A stretch of 64,000 nucleotides of DNA from Phoronis australis (Eukaryota; Animalia; Phoronida). The translations under genes were made by a program, and so were the position numbers. The DNA lies in NCBI GenBank assembly GCA_002633005.1, contig NMRA01000033.1, forward strand, positions 401,346 through 465,345, read 5' to 3'. How positions within the stretch are numbered: the stretch's first letter is position 1; every line of letters starts with the position of its first letter. A model generated the notes under the pieces. That model did no database searches. It was given only the letters and a program-made list of their open reading frames with translations, and had not been told where the DNA came from. Shown here one piece after another: positions 51,776 to 64,000 of the stretch.

Positions 51776-51929
51776 CATTGGCGGATTTAGAGGGGGGAGG
51801 CCAAGGGTGTCATGCCCCCCCCCCCTATAATTCTCCCTGGTTCCATTTGGCAGTTCGGGGGTGCGAATGTCTGACGGTCAAAATCCTGGCTAATACTCTG
51901 CCCTGACTCAAAAACTGGATCCGCCCCTG
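51776..51929. mobile_element. hAT-like MITE family C
   Basis: TIRs CATTGGCGGATTTAG / CTGGATCCGCCCCTG. Flanks ATTTATAA / GTTTATAT match at 6 of 8 positions, compatible with an old 8-bp TSD. Confidence 0.8.
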
Positions 51930-53625
51930 GTTTATATGCATTTCCGTATTTGAAAGTTCAATGGATGTCGAAATGTGTTGGTATATGGAACTGTTTACGC
52001 GTTTTCTCGATCATTTAAGATTTAATGAGGTACAGTTTCGCATACACGATGCGACGGGTTTTACAACGGTAAATGACCTTAAGCAACGATTGTTTTTGAC
52101 AGATGGCGAGTGTTTAATGAAACTTTAAATACGTGTATGAGTTATTCAATCACATAACAAAAAGTGCGTAATTAAAAAGGCAATTCCTAACTATTTGACT
52201 TGAGTTGTCAGCTCATTCGACAGTAAGATAATGCTAAAACTCAAAAACGAAATTGACAGTGAAATAGTGGCGAATAAATTTCGTAATAATTGAAATTCTC
52301 AAGCAATATCAATTTCTCATTCAATACTCGATTAGGATGGACCAAAAAGTTTTGGTCATAAGATTAAATCTGAAACAGTTCTTGTCAATATAAGTTTACA
52401 ATGAACGTATATATGGAGCGAGGCTTGGGAGATTTTTAATCTAACCAAATGAGCTTTTGAGTTGCATTGAAATATAATGTCCTTTTTGATACAAAAACAG
52501 CCTTAGATATTTTTGTCACAGGTTGTCAGAAACCTGACTGTCCTTTAAGAGGTCTGGAACGCGTAAAATATACCAAATTACATTATTCAAAGTGGTTCTC
52601 TGCCACTGAAACAGAAACCTAACTGTTCACCAGGTATCTTTACGGTTTGTTTGTAAAGATTTGGAATTTCTGCCAAAGCATTGAAAAAGAATTAATAAAA
52701 GCTTTTTGTGACATTGTGTCATTTTTTCCTTTTCGTGTCGTCAATGGCTACAAAAGCGTGTACTAGTACCAAGCTTCAACACCATCTCCAAAGAGCACGT
52801 TTTGCACGCTCGTGACCTGTCCCTTACAGGCGGCTGTTTTTTATTCGCCTGCGCCAATATTCTTTGCCCTATTCGGACGAAGTGTGCAGAGTCCTTAAAA
52901 AGGATAGCAAATCCTGTTTTGATGATTTCTGCCAACCAGTCCTCGTTCTGTCACCTGCTAATACATCACTGGCGTCAATCTTGCTAGTTAAAGACAAGAA
53001 TCACCTAAAAACCTATCCTTCTTATCTCGTAGATTGCCGTGTAATTCGCTTAAAGCGTAGGTCACTCTATGCACGTTAGGCAGACGTTGAAAGGAGTTTT
53101 CAAATTTTCCTTCAAACGTTTGAGGCATCTCGAGGGTTACAGAGCATTGTTTTATTTCAGACAACTGGATAGGAAAGTTGTCTTTGGTATCTGTTAATAG
53201 GCTCAGACCGGGTTTGGTATCCTTTTAACTTAAGTGCACAGTTGGTATGGTAAGTTAGAAAACATCATTTGCAAAAAGTACGGTTATCCTAATGAAAAAT
53301 CGCACGAAGTACTTCTGCTTGTCAGTGCTTAGGCTTACAGTATGCCAAAGAAAACCGGATATGGTTTCCAAACGAAGTAGATGTATTACGCCCCACTACC
53401 CATCAGCACAGATAGAAGTCATCTGGAACACCTCGGGTATTTTTGTAGTTTTAAATTTCCCGTCAGGGGTGAACGCTATCTACGCATACACATAGGTGGT
53501 GCACCACAGGGGGGCTGAGGGAGCTTTAGCCCCATCCCCACTTTTTTCAGTGCTGCGCCGCCCATAGACCCTATTCACGCCGACAGGAGGCGCGTTCCAA
53601 AACGAGGCTCGCTACGATAGCTCTG

Positions 53626-53772
53626 GTGGCTTATCCGTGTATTTGTACACCGTGTTGCTCGAACACTGAGCTAGAAAAAATACGGACACTCTGTTTTACA
53701 ATCCCTAAGGACGTTGGGATTCGGAAGCGTTGGGTCCTTGCCATACGCCGCGACGAAGGAAAATATGTCCGT
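53626..53772 (+). pseudogene. THAP zinc-finger domain fragment (transposon-derived)
   Basis: VAYPCICTPCCSNTELEKIRTLCFTIPKDVGIRKRWVLAIRRDEGKYVR has the N-terminal Cys cluster and the F..P.....R..W...IRR pattern of THAP. It ends at a possible donor GTAATA and has no ATG. Confidence 0.7.
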
Positions 53773-54091
53773 GTAATATTTGTAACTGTTTTCGAATCAT
53801 AATCTGTCGCATCTTAGTCGGACTGGATGCTGCCATAGCCCGGAGAATCTTCGGCCAGCCAGGCTTTGTTTTCCTGACTATGGGTTGAAGCGCGATGCAT
53901 TTTTCTTTACAAAAAGGACAGGGCCCTCAATCCCTCAATTTTGGGGCCAAATATTGGCCCTATTCCCCTCTCAAAAATATTTAAAAATCACGCGAAATTC
54001 CCGGCCACGAGGCCTAAAAATCCCCTTTGTGATTGAAAATTTCTCTCCAACGGTTCAAACCACCTGTGACCACAGAGGTGAAATACAAAAT

Positions 54092-54278
54092 CATAGGCGG
54101 ACTTAGGGGGGGGGGCAGGGGCCCGGNAGGACTTTAAGTTGGGGGGGGGCAAGGCAGAGTATTAGCCAGGATTTTGCCCGTCAAAAATTCACGCTCCTGA
54201 ACTGCCAAATGGAATCAGGGAGAATTTTAGGGGGGGGCTGGGGCATAACCCCTTGGCTCCCCTCTAAATCCGCCACTG
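54092..54278. mobile_element. hAT-like MITE pieces joined at an N
   Basis: The left part matches the start of the 42939 element. The right part is the reverse complement of family C. N at 54127. Confidence 0.65.
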
Positions 54279-57200
54279 TGTTCTGTCCAGTTAACTGAAA
54301 TTGAGCTCTAAAACGATGTTATGCTTTGGACGAAAGAATTAAGTGTTTTAATTTTAAAAATTTAACTTGGTCGAGATTGATATTTGAAAAATATAACACA
54401 TGAAATAGACGTAATTATTAAAACCAAGAAAGCAGAATTGATGGTCATGTAATTTTTATTTTCGATTGCGAGCCTAGTTATTTATCGTAATCCAAATATA
54501 TATTTAATAACATCAAGTATTATTTCAGATCAATGACAAATCAACTGTTAGTCCCGGTAGTGCCTACCTCACCAGGACCTAGGCTATGCTTGAAGCTAAC
54601 AGGCCTACTCTTGATCAACAAACTAAATCAGATGAGACTAATTGCACATGACAGCAAAATGCTATGAGCCACCACTGTCGAACATATCTTCAACTCGTCA
54701 ACAATGCGACCAGATGACCTGGTTCGTGTAGAAAGCATTTTTATCAAGAATTTATTAGAAGAAACGTAACCCTGCATTCAGCATGATACCTAATCCGTAA
54801 CACTACGATCGCCGCAATTTGGTCATGTTTACTTTTCATGTTTCGAACCTAGTTTTCCGGAAAAAAACCTATATCCTTTCGTCAGACAACTCTTTGGTGC
54901 ATTGACTTGTTCTTTAACTGTATTTTTCTACGTATCTGTGGTTAATTATTGACACATTTTTTAAGATTTAATATTCAGGTTGGACTCCAAAGACCGGCCA
55001 TTTAATCACGCAATGTAAATTTCCGCTTTGTTTATCGCAGTGAGGCTCGCTTTGGATTTTTAATGTCCGTCGCGTGAATAGAGTCTATGATACATGTGTG
55101 AACTTCAGTTTTCAAGTCAAATGACCTGTCGTTAGAGGAAATTTAAGGAAATGAAAATATCGGATGAGCCGTGTATCTCACAACCATGACAACCAACGGC
55201 AAAGAAAAAGGTCCTTTTCAGCGCTGAAGCGAACAAAACAATCTCTTCGATTTCTCCCAGTAGAATCCGGGTCTGCTCATCGGTTTGTGTGTGGAATACG
55301 ATTTGACTGAAAACATAGAATGTTTGGTCTGCGGCATAACAGTCAAGCAGGCCAGAAAATGTCTTTTGAAATACGGTTTCAGTAAACAATATAATTTAAA
55401 TTCTGTTTCTGAGGACACGGATCCACGGCCTTTTGCTTTGCGCGGCCCCGTTGCTAATTAATGCGTCTTGCGCTAACGTGTGTTCTAGGCAGATTAAACG
55501 TCAAGTTAATGTCCGCTTGCGGGCGAAATAGCTCTTCACTTGGCTTCCAGTTTATGAGAATTAACCACTGCGTAAACTTGGTGGTTTCCATGGGGACGGA
55601 TTTCCGCCTTGCTCGCGTTACTAACAGTTTATTTGAAAACCTTTTGGTTGAAATCAAGTCACATTTAGAGTATATGGATTTTTGAAATATTAATGGCGTC
55701 GTAAATACCTGGATTTCAAACTTGTTTGAAAATAAGTCCAAGATTTATTATCACTAGACTACACGAATGAGCGGCATTGTTGCTTGTTTTCGTACTTTCT
55801 GACCTAAAACATATTAACGTTTTTACTCTACTGTATAAACGTTATCAGAGAAAACGGCTGTCGGTTTTCAGGAATTGAGGCGCGATTAATTTCACTTAAA
55901 GCGGAGAAAACCCAGGTTCCGTCCGATGAGCGAACTGGTGTCTTAGGCCACATATCGCTATAAAATTGATCTCAAATTGTTCTCTGCTCAAATGTTAAGG
56001 GATCTATGGGTCTACAAAGAACTGGCAGTTTGTTATATCTTGAGACAATGCTCTGCGCGTAAAATGACCCGCCGTAACAAGCCAATTTATAGAGCTAGGA
56101 CTCGAGCAATAACGAACTGTTACTTCTCTCGTAGCCTTAAAATCACCTCAGAATTGATTAAGGAAAATTTGAGACCAATTTCATTAGCGAAAAAAATACG
56201 TAATGGAAGACCGATTGAGACCCGCTTCAAGGTCACGATTTTGCAAATGTTATGGCGAGTGTAAAACATAGTTCAACACTTTTAGACCAGTTTTCATCCG
56301 CGACTGGTTGGAATAAAAGTCTTTGGCGAGGTGGGTTTCCAAACGCTTTAAAGGGTACAGTGACTCCGTCGTGTTCAAAAAGGCTAACCATGAATTCTCA
56401 TTAAAATATAGAAATGACAAAAGAGAGTTCGGTCAAGAAGAAGAATCTAATTGAATGATGGACTGTGGAAATTTGTTCATAGTCATAGGTTACACTTGGA
56501 ATTGAATACAACCGGTTCAGAATTTGGGAAACTTTATCGAACTGCTCCAACAGCCTAAAAACCGACCACAGAAATTTGAACAAAAGATTGTACACATATT
56601 TGAATGTTTTTAATTACACGGTCTGCTTTAAATATAGCATTTAAAAAAAATATTAATCGAGAGTCAGAGAAATTTCGAAATAGCCGAGAAAGTGGCCCCT
56701 GCTTTCGTTTTTGTATCTTCCTGTGAATGTTCCTGACGTATAACGTGGTCCAGGTAGTCTGTCGTTTCATCACGTGCATTTAACGACGCTAAGCTGCTGT
56801 ATAACAAAATGAAAATAAATGTTTCCACCCAAAATAAGGTATTTAAACATGACTTTGCATGCGACTTTAAGTGTAAGTATCAAGTTAAAACCAAGAGCTA
56901 ACCTGGGAGCATTATCAGAGGTTGATCCTCTAGGAACTATCGGGTATCTAAACTTACAGGGTGATGTAGACCATGTGATATTCTCACAGCCGTTATTAAG
57001 CGTTTAGTAAATACTAACCTGGTCATAAATGCTCTGAAGAAACATATTGAATTGAATACTAACAGAAATGTCAATAAAATATAATATTCTCGGAGCTTTA
57101 TATCTTAGTGTGTTAACAGACAATAAAATCAAGGTGCAAGAACAACCGAAGCAGTCGTAGGTGTGACATTGTTTATCGTTGGATACCTCAGCCAGAACTA

Positions 57201-57456
57201 GCGGGAGTAGGTTCACGTTTGAGCCGGAGACATCTCGGAAATTCCTTTTTCTCTCTTTCTCTCTCTCTCACACACACAGGCCCGTAGGAAGGAAGAAATT
57301 ATTGGGGGGCACAAACCAATTTGTCTTTGCCAACTTACCCCCTTGCTACAGCCACNNNNNNNCACCCCCGTTCTCCGAATAACACCGTATTTGTACCGAA
57401 CTCCCCCCGCCACAGGTGGGGGTAGCATCGGGCATGCAGCCATTAGGATTTGAGTA

Positions 57457-58041
57457 CAAAGTTTCACGGAGTGTAAGAATGGGTCTAGGCCAGCGCACTG
57501 ACGGGTAGCTGGGAGTTGCCTGAAGTAACTATGACTGGGTTCCAACAGTGGATTCGTACCTATTCTTCTGCTCTGAGTTGAAGGTCAGGGTTTGTTTTAT
57601 TATGATCCAGTTTCGGTGAAAACTAAATTTTATTATGGCCATTCTTTGAAGTAATTTTTAAAAGGTGAGGTCCCGAGGTGCCTGGTATGAGTGCTTTTGT
57701 GGCCGTTTCATAATCCCTAGATGAAACAGAGCCGGTAATCCAGTTTCTCAAAGTTTCACGGAGAGTAAGAATTGGTCTAGGCCAGCCCACTGACGGGTAG
57801 CTGGGAGCTGCCTGAAGTAACTATAATTGGGTTCCAGCAGTGAATTCGTACCTATTCCTCTGCTCTGGGTTGAAGGTCAGGGTTTGTTTTATTATGATCC
57901 AGTTTCGGGGAAAACTTCATTTTATTATGGCCATTCTTTGAAGTAATTTTCTAAAAGATGAGGTCCCAAGGTGCCTGGTATGAGTGCCTTTCTGGCCGTT
58001 TCAGAATACCTAGATGAAACAAAGCCGGTAATCCAGTTTCT
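57457..58041. repeat. ~292-bp tandem duplication
   Basis: 57457-57748 and 57749-58041 are colinear with scattered substitutions (CAAAGTTTCACGGAG...GCCGGTAATCCAGTTTCT). Confidence 0.95.
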
Positions 58042-58209
58042 GGTTGCTGGGGGAGATGATACAGAGTGTGTCTCAAAAATGTACACACTTCAACGTCTAG
58101 AGTTCAAATTCAGTTTCCGTGGGTAACTGAGATTGTACGCAGGCCTACTGCATGGTTGCACCTTATTTTTAACGTGGGTGTGCCAGTCAGGACGTGTTCC
58201 GTCATGGTG

Positions 58210-58458
58210 CATGCGCGCACCCAGCGGGGGGAGCTCGAACGAGCCCGTCCCCCACTTGGAAAAATAGGCAAAAAGGATCACCTCAAAGATTCAAAAAGAC
58301 CGAGAAAAACGAGACAAAAGTCCACTAAATAGGCAGGAATTCGGCGTATGCACAATTCACAGCCCTGAACGAACCCCCGTACGTCGTTTTTTCTTTAGTA
58401 AAAGGTCCACATCCTCAAAAATTCGAGCACCCTATATTTTTGGCTGGGTGCGCGCATG
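58210..58458. mobile_element. hAT-like MITE, same family as 37487-37755
   Basis: Perfect TIR CATGCGCGCACCCAGC / GCTGGGTGCGCGCATG and a colinear interior. No TSD retained. Confidence 0.85.
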
Positions 58459-59529
58459 CCCTGTGTGTAGTATGCACGGGAAATACAAGCAAACGATTCA
58501 GTTTTGAAGAACAAAATTTACCGCGCAATACTACTGGAAACTACTAACATAAAGGAAGTGCAAAGAAAACCTTTCCAATTTAATGACCAATGAGTTAGGT
58601 TTTATTTGTTTAAGTACTTAAACTTCTTTTTCGATCTACGGTTCGTAAACCTAAACACAGTAATCTAGTTCCTAAGCCAATAAACAAGAGGGTCCCGTCT
58701 GAAATGGGACACCTTAATTATGAAAGGCTAAACATCATTAAGCTTGGAAAAGTGACAATTCATTCCACCGTCATGTGGTCACAACTGATGACGGTGCAGG
58801 AAGTGACCTTCCTCAACATGAAAGTCGGTTGCACTATTTCACAAAAAACAGGGAACTAGACGTAATCTAATCCAACTTTGGACCCTCTCTCCGTGAGTGG
58901 ACCCTTAAGATTTTGTCAATAAAACATAAAAGGGTGGCCACTTAAATGTCATCAATGGGCTCCTTCAAGTGTAGGGTCTCTCAATATGAAAATATCTATA
59001 TTTTGAGAAATCAAGAAATGTGCATCAATTGATGATATCTGTCAAGCCATCAATTTTTCTCAAGTGATATGCAATTCTAGAAAAAAGCGACATTTGTCTC
59101 TGTTATCCTTTGCCAGAGAAGGGCCTCTGGAGAAAAGTTGTTTTGCAGTCACAAAATTGACTTGAAACCGGTAATTTAATAAGCTCCGCAAAAGCTTCGC
59201 TTTACAAATTTTTTCGATTTTTCGAAATATATGCATGAATCATTACGTACAAGTTCTCAAGTGCGTTTTGACGACCTGTGCTGCTAAAGTGGAGACCACA
59301 ACAACAATGTCCTGGCCACGGTTCTCAAAAGGTAAACCATGCACTGATACATGTTACATGTTCTCTTGAATTTTCTCTCTTATCTGCATTTAGCAGTCTT
59401 TCTTTTCTGGACTGTCCCTGCCCCACGCGTATGTCGGTTGTCACGGTTTAACCCTGTAACCCTGACGCCTGAANTAGCATACAAAACAGCAAGACAAACA
59501 AGTGCTGAAAGTACACTTGCACTCTCAGG

Positions 59530-59567
59530 ACACACACACACACACACACCCTCACACACACACACAC

Positions 59568-59647
<80 letters not shown>

Positions 59648-59655
59648 ACACGCAC
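59530..59655. repeat. (CA)n microsatellite
   Basis: Long CA run with CCCT interruptions. Confidence 0.97.
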
Positions 59656-59879
59656 AACTCTTTCGTTAAAAAGGGGCAATTAGTTTTAAAAATCGTCTGC
59701 ATCCATTAGTATTTATGAACTTGAGAAACGTTCCTCTCAATTCATTGCGCAAGCAGACGACAAGTCGCTGAATCAGTAGACAGACCAATGACAAAGACGC
59801 GCGAACCCACGAGCTCACTGTAAGTACGTGAGATCTGTACAAGCCAACTGATTTTTGTTTTTATACAAAATCTAAAATT

Positions 59880-60240
59880 AGAGCGTATTTCCAGAAGGCA
59901 GTGAGATAGCTCTTCACGTTTTCTCGCTTTGGATAGTCTACCGAGTTCCAATCTATCGAATTCAAGCAATGTGCCCGGCAGGTAACTACATCTAATAAGA
60001 CTGATGTCAACGACCACCGAAGGAGTCCTTTGTAAAGCTCAAACCAGGGTGCTCCATCGAAACAGCAACCCCCGGTGAAAACAGATATTCCGGAGTCGGA
60101 AACAGATTCCCGCATCTTCAAAACAACTAACCAGCCCGAAAAAGATGAACACCGACCTTTAAAACAGGAACCCCAGGGATCGGACAGGACAACCGGGGAC
60201 TGAAAAACCACTCCCGCACTTTCTGTCAAACATTGTTAGA
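59880..60240 (+). pseudogene. Possible Gypsy-like pol C-terminal remnant
   Basis: VPIYRIQ and a P/E/T-rich tail ending PQGSDRTT loosely resemble post-integrase tails. Weak. Confidence 0.25.
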
Positions 60241-60820
60241 TGAAAACTAAATCTCCCTACTTTAAATAGTTGTTGTCATATACTGTTTTACTATATGAGA
60301 ATTTTATACAACTTTTGACTACGCCATTCTGTTGCTTAGTTGTGGTGCGATGTTTAAAAAAAATATTCCCCGGTTGATCCTTTGAACACAGTCCAGTGCG
60401 TGAAGTCAATGGTGAATGCTCACAATGTAGGAAAGAAAATTAACCTTCAATGCATACAGTTCCGTAAAATTCCATTAGAAGAGAAGGTCCGATTTGGCGG
60501 CAAAAATACGTTTCTCAAGCTCTGTCTGTATATGCGTGGAAACTGGTGTCGACCGATAAGGACCTAAGGTCGGGCTTTCACGTCTTGGGGCCAGGAGGCC
60601 TTTCTCCTACCTATAAAGCCATTTGTCATGTCTTAGTAGACATTGCCGCAAACAGGGAGGGTTTTTTCCTTGCCCTGTACAATCGAGACCTTGGTGTAAT
60701 AAAAAGGCATTGTGCTTTAATGCTTGTGAAAATAAGGTGAGCGCACAGTTCCTAGTCAAGAGCCTGTGCATTGTTTTGGCCTTAGAAGACAGTAGAGTCT
60801 AAAGCAGAGAACTTCACACC

Positions 60821-61600
60821 TTGGTCTTGGTAGGGTCCTTTTTAAGGTCAAGACCACGACAGCAGCTGAAAGGGCTAGTTCGCCATCCGTGGCCCAGGTC
60901 CCTTCGAGGGTGGTATCGCTTCTCCCAATCATCTTTAATATGGCACTGTCTTTTAAGACAGTTAATGGTCAACATTGGTCCAAGTCTGGTTGTTCAGGCT
61001 TACATTGACGACATGGTCTTCTGTGTTTCGAGCGTTGATGCGAGAACATGTACCGTAGCATTGTGCGGGAATATTGTCCAGGAGGAACACAGCTTCCTGA
61101 TGGATTACGGCAGTGGGCTTAGAGATCAGAAGTAGCAAAACTAAAATAGTAATATTCACATGGAAGCGGGAATGATATATAACACCATTAGAGTTCTTTG
61201 ACGCTGAACTCTCATTACAGGAAAAGATGACATACCTAGGTGTTACTTTCCACCATCACCTTTCTGAGACACCTTATGTGATGGACAAAATCACTAAAGC
61301 AAGGACCAAGTGCACCCTGTTTTGTTCCAGAAACCTGCATACCAGTTCCATACAAGAATTGCAGGGCAAAAACAGTGAGCGTATAAATTGTCAGCCGTTA
61401 CATGGACAATGGGCTCCAGCTGCAGACAAACAAAATTTAGTTTTTCAAGTCCTCGTGAGCCAAGAGGTTCCAAAAGACTCTCATTTTTAGATAGGGCGCC
61501 TGGCAGCTGATACTCCCCAACATTTAATGGAAATTTCCCCTGCTTATCGAGGTCTTCGCAATCTTCTGCTATATTGGCATATAACTGGCCATGCAGAAGT
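60821..61600 (+). pseudogene. Decayed non-LTR retrotransposon reverse transcriptase (I group, LOA/R1-like)
   Basis: Ordered motifs across frameshifts: GSFLRSR; EGGIASP/PIIFNMAL; VQAYIDDMV (YIDD at 61001-61012); GLEIRSSKTKIVIFTWKR; MTYLGVTFHHHLS..DKITKAR; WAPAA. Confidence 0.88.
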
Positions 61601-63687
61601 CGTCAGACCATGCAGGTTCAGTAACCTTTCCTGAGAAAAACGAGAAGATTAGAAGGAATAATTCACGACGAACTTCATCCCGAGGGATTCTCTTGAGTCT
61701 TCATCAGCTGATTAGTGTAACAGGCCCAAGTGTGTGCCCTAAGCACCCCCGTTGTACCGCAGAAGAGAAGAAGCAATTATTTATAGGCATTCTGTAATCC
61801 TCGCTATGTAGATGTTACTCTAAAAGGTTATGTTTATATCATTGAGTTGAAGGGAAGTCTATATTATGGTTAGCATTGTATTTAATATTCAATTCTTTTT
61901 GTTATGCAACGAAAGCTGATCAATAGGCCTTCTAACCATGGTGACTGTAGGGTTTTTTCTCAAGCATATACTTCTGCATATGCATGAAACATGATATACT
62001 TTCATACAGATACGTCATTGCATTCAGTGGCAAAACCATAGTGTAATGTATCTGAAAGCAGACTATATTAAGGCTATGGTAGACATTATCAACTGATTTG
62101 TGTTTTAGCTAAGAATCTACAAAACTACTAATATTAACTCAGAAAAAGTATAGATTGATTTTTGACTTTTTACCAGTCCTCCGTTGATTGTAACCATGTA
62201 TTGTCAAGTAAAAAAAGAAACAAAATGTACAATGATGGCAGAACAACGGTATCAATAACACGACCAAATTTCACCAAATATAAATGTCCAAGTTGAAATC
62301 TCAAAAGCGATATTACAGATTTCTAAATAATCATTCATTTACGTTTTTTGCAATGTTTGAGTTTTTTTTTGTAAAAATCATGAAAAGCCTATTTTTGAAA
62401 AGACGTTCATGAAAAAATCGAGCATTTTAAAAACAATTACTAACAGCATTTTGAAAAACAGTAAAGTACAGTATGAATCCTAACAGCCATTTCTGAGATA
62501 TGAAATTAGCTAAATTTGGAGCTTTTTTAGGATTCTATACAACGTGTTGTGGTGGAATGTATCAATATAAAAACTAAACATCTAAAAATATATCAAAAAC
62601 ACCACTATGTTAGATAATGTCTAAGTTAATGTCTTCATGAAAATCTGTTGTAACAAATTTATAAGAATGTATATAACAGATTGATATCTTGCTTTAAAAA
62701 ATACTATTTTAAATCGGAAAGACCATTTCTGCCAGACATTTTCTTGGTTCTGGGTTTGAAGTTTTTACATTCCACGCACACTGCTGGTAGTTTTCAAGGT
62801 AAGATTAACTGTACTCATTAACCATGGTTCATTACACAAGCAGCACAGAGAGAGCTATTATTAAGTTGTACTCAACTTACATAGGCAGGATAATTAGTCT
62901 CTGCTAAGATGAATAAAAAGTTAACAACAACTTTCCAATTGTATGTAATCGCGCTCAAAACGTCCAAAACCAAAATAGTCACAAGTGTGAGGTACGATCG
63001 TGCACTATTTGTCACCATAACAACAAAGAACGTGTCGAAAATGACCTCCAATTTCGAAATTTAAAGTTAAACCATTTCAGTTAAATCTGATACAGAGCAT
63101 GTTCTCCTATTCCAAACAAGTTTCTAGTAACCAGACATATTTATGCTTCTAAAACGGCATTGGTGTCTTTTAATCACATGTCAGAAGTGAAATTGGGTTC
63201 AATAGTTCGTCTAGGCAAATCCAACCTATAGGTATCTCGAAATTTCTAGTCTTGGATGAAACGCAGTGGCGCTTTAAAACATCTAGTTTATGCAATTAGT
63301 TTTATGACACACCAGTCACCAGCATACACAATCTCAATAAGAAATACTGTACAGAGCCTTTGTGGCGGGATCTTGGTCATTCCGTTTGTAAAGTGGGACT
63401 CTAGAGTTTTTCTCCACCAGGCTTGGTAGCGATATGTCTGTACCAGACCATAAGACATTAGCTTGCATTTGGGGCGAAAAAAGTTGCGCTCGTGAAACGG
63501 AAACAGTGGTATTAATCCCACAAATCTACGTTTCAACCGTACCGACCAATCACTTTCGTTGCCCTCCATTTTGTTAGCATAGGCTGATATAAGCTCTCTT
63601 GCATGCTCGCGAAACTTAGTGGCTCGCTTTTCACTCGGGTGATTGTGCGAGCTCATACGAGATCTTGCTTTTCTTTCACGAAACCAG

Positions 63688-63921
63688 GGACCCGTTCCAA
63701 GAAAACTGACTTAGCTTATACAAATCTTAGACTTCAGCCAATTTTAAGATAATACTTAAATTTGTCTCAAGTCTGCTTCAAGAAAGAGTTCTTAAATTTG
63801 ACGTAAGTTTTGTCTTAATTTTTACTAACTTTCCGGATGTGGAAATTTTAAAGGTTGGAAACAGAGACAACTCTTAGACTTAAATAAAAAATGAACTTAA
63901 GTCAGTTTCTTGGAACGGACT
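63688..63921. mobile_element. Harbinger-like MITE
   Basis: TIRs GGACCCGTTCCAAGAAAACTGACTTA / TAAGTCAGTTTCTTGGAACGGACT with CAG/CAT flanks. Confidence 0.75.
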
Positions 63922-64000
63922 CATGGTCTACGGAAAGCTTAATGTATCCTCGTTTTTCCCTCCAACGCACAGTTGCCTTCGTGTTAGCCGAAAATACAAT

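Noticed and set aside
54990-56870. Possible larger DNA transposon (Kolobok-like TTAAAGGGTACA at ~56348)
   Set aside because: I could not pair TIRs or identify a coding motif.
59351-59702. His/Thr- and Val/Cys-rich ORFs
   Set aside because: Translations of the (CA)n microsatellite.

Overview
AT-rich, intron-like eukaryotic (metazoan) DNA. The repeat types suggest a marine invertebrate, but that is an inference. No operons, rRNA, true tRNA or CRISPR arrays are visible, and almost all listed ORFs are chance or repeat-derived. The one confidently recognisable host-gene element is an 85-nt first coding exon on the minus strand (7655-7571, MAKNPDFHKKFKKCKSATFTLDGTSYRI followed by GTAAG). It matches the N-terminus of the long isoform of Ca2+/calmodulin-dependent phosphodiesterase PDE1C, so the window is probably the 5' and intronic part of a large PDE1 gene running leftwards out of the window. 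Several other well-bounded minus-strand exon candidates (5573-5318, 24854-24793, 38689-38530, 47229-47151) and six perfect CRE palindromes may belong to its alternative 5' ends. The rest is a dense patchwork of mobile DNA: Tc2/pogo-type, PIF/Harbinger-type, hAT-type (two with 5-bp TSDs) and Kolobok-like MITEs, several of them nested; a HIRAN-domain fragment carried inside one MITE; a THAP-domain fragment; tRNA-derived SINEs; decayed non-LTR retrotransposons; diverged ~155-bp arrays; and mini/microsatellites. I could not support a wholly novel multi-gene system.
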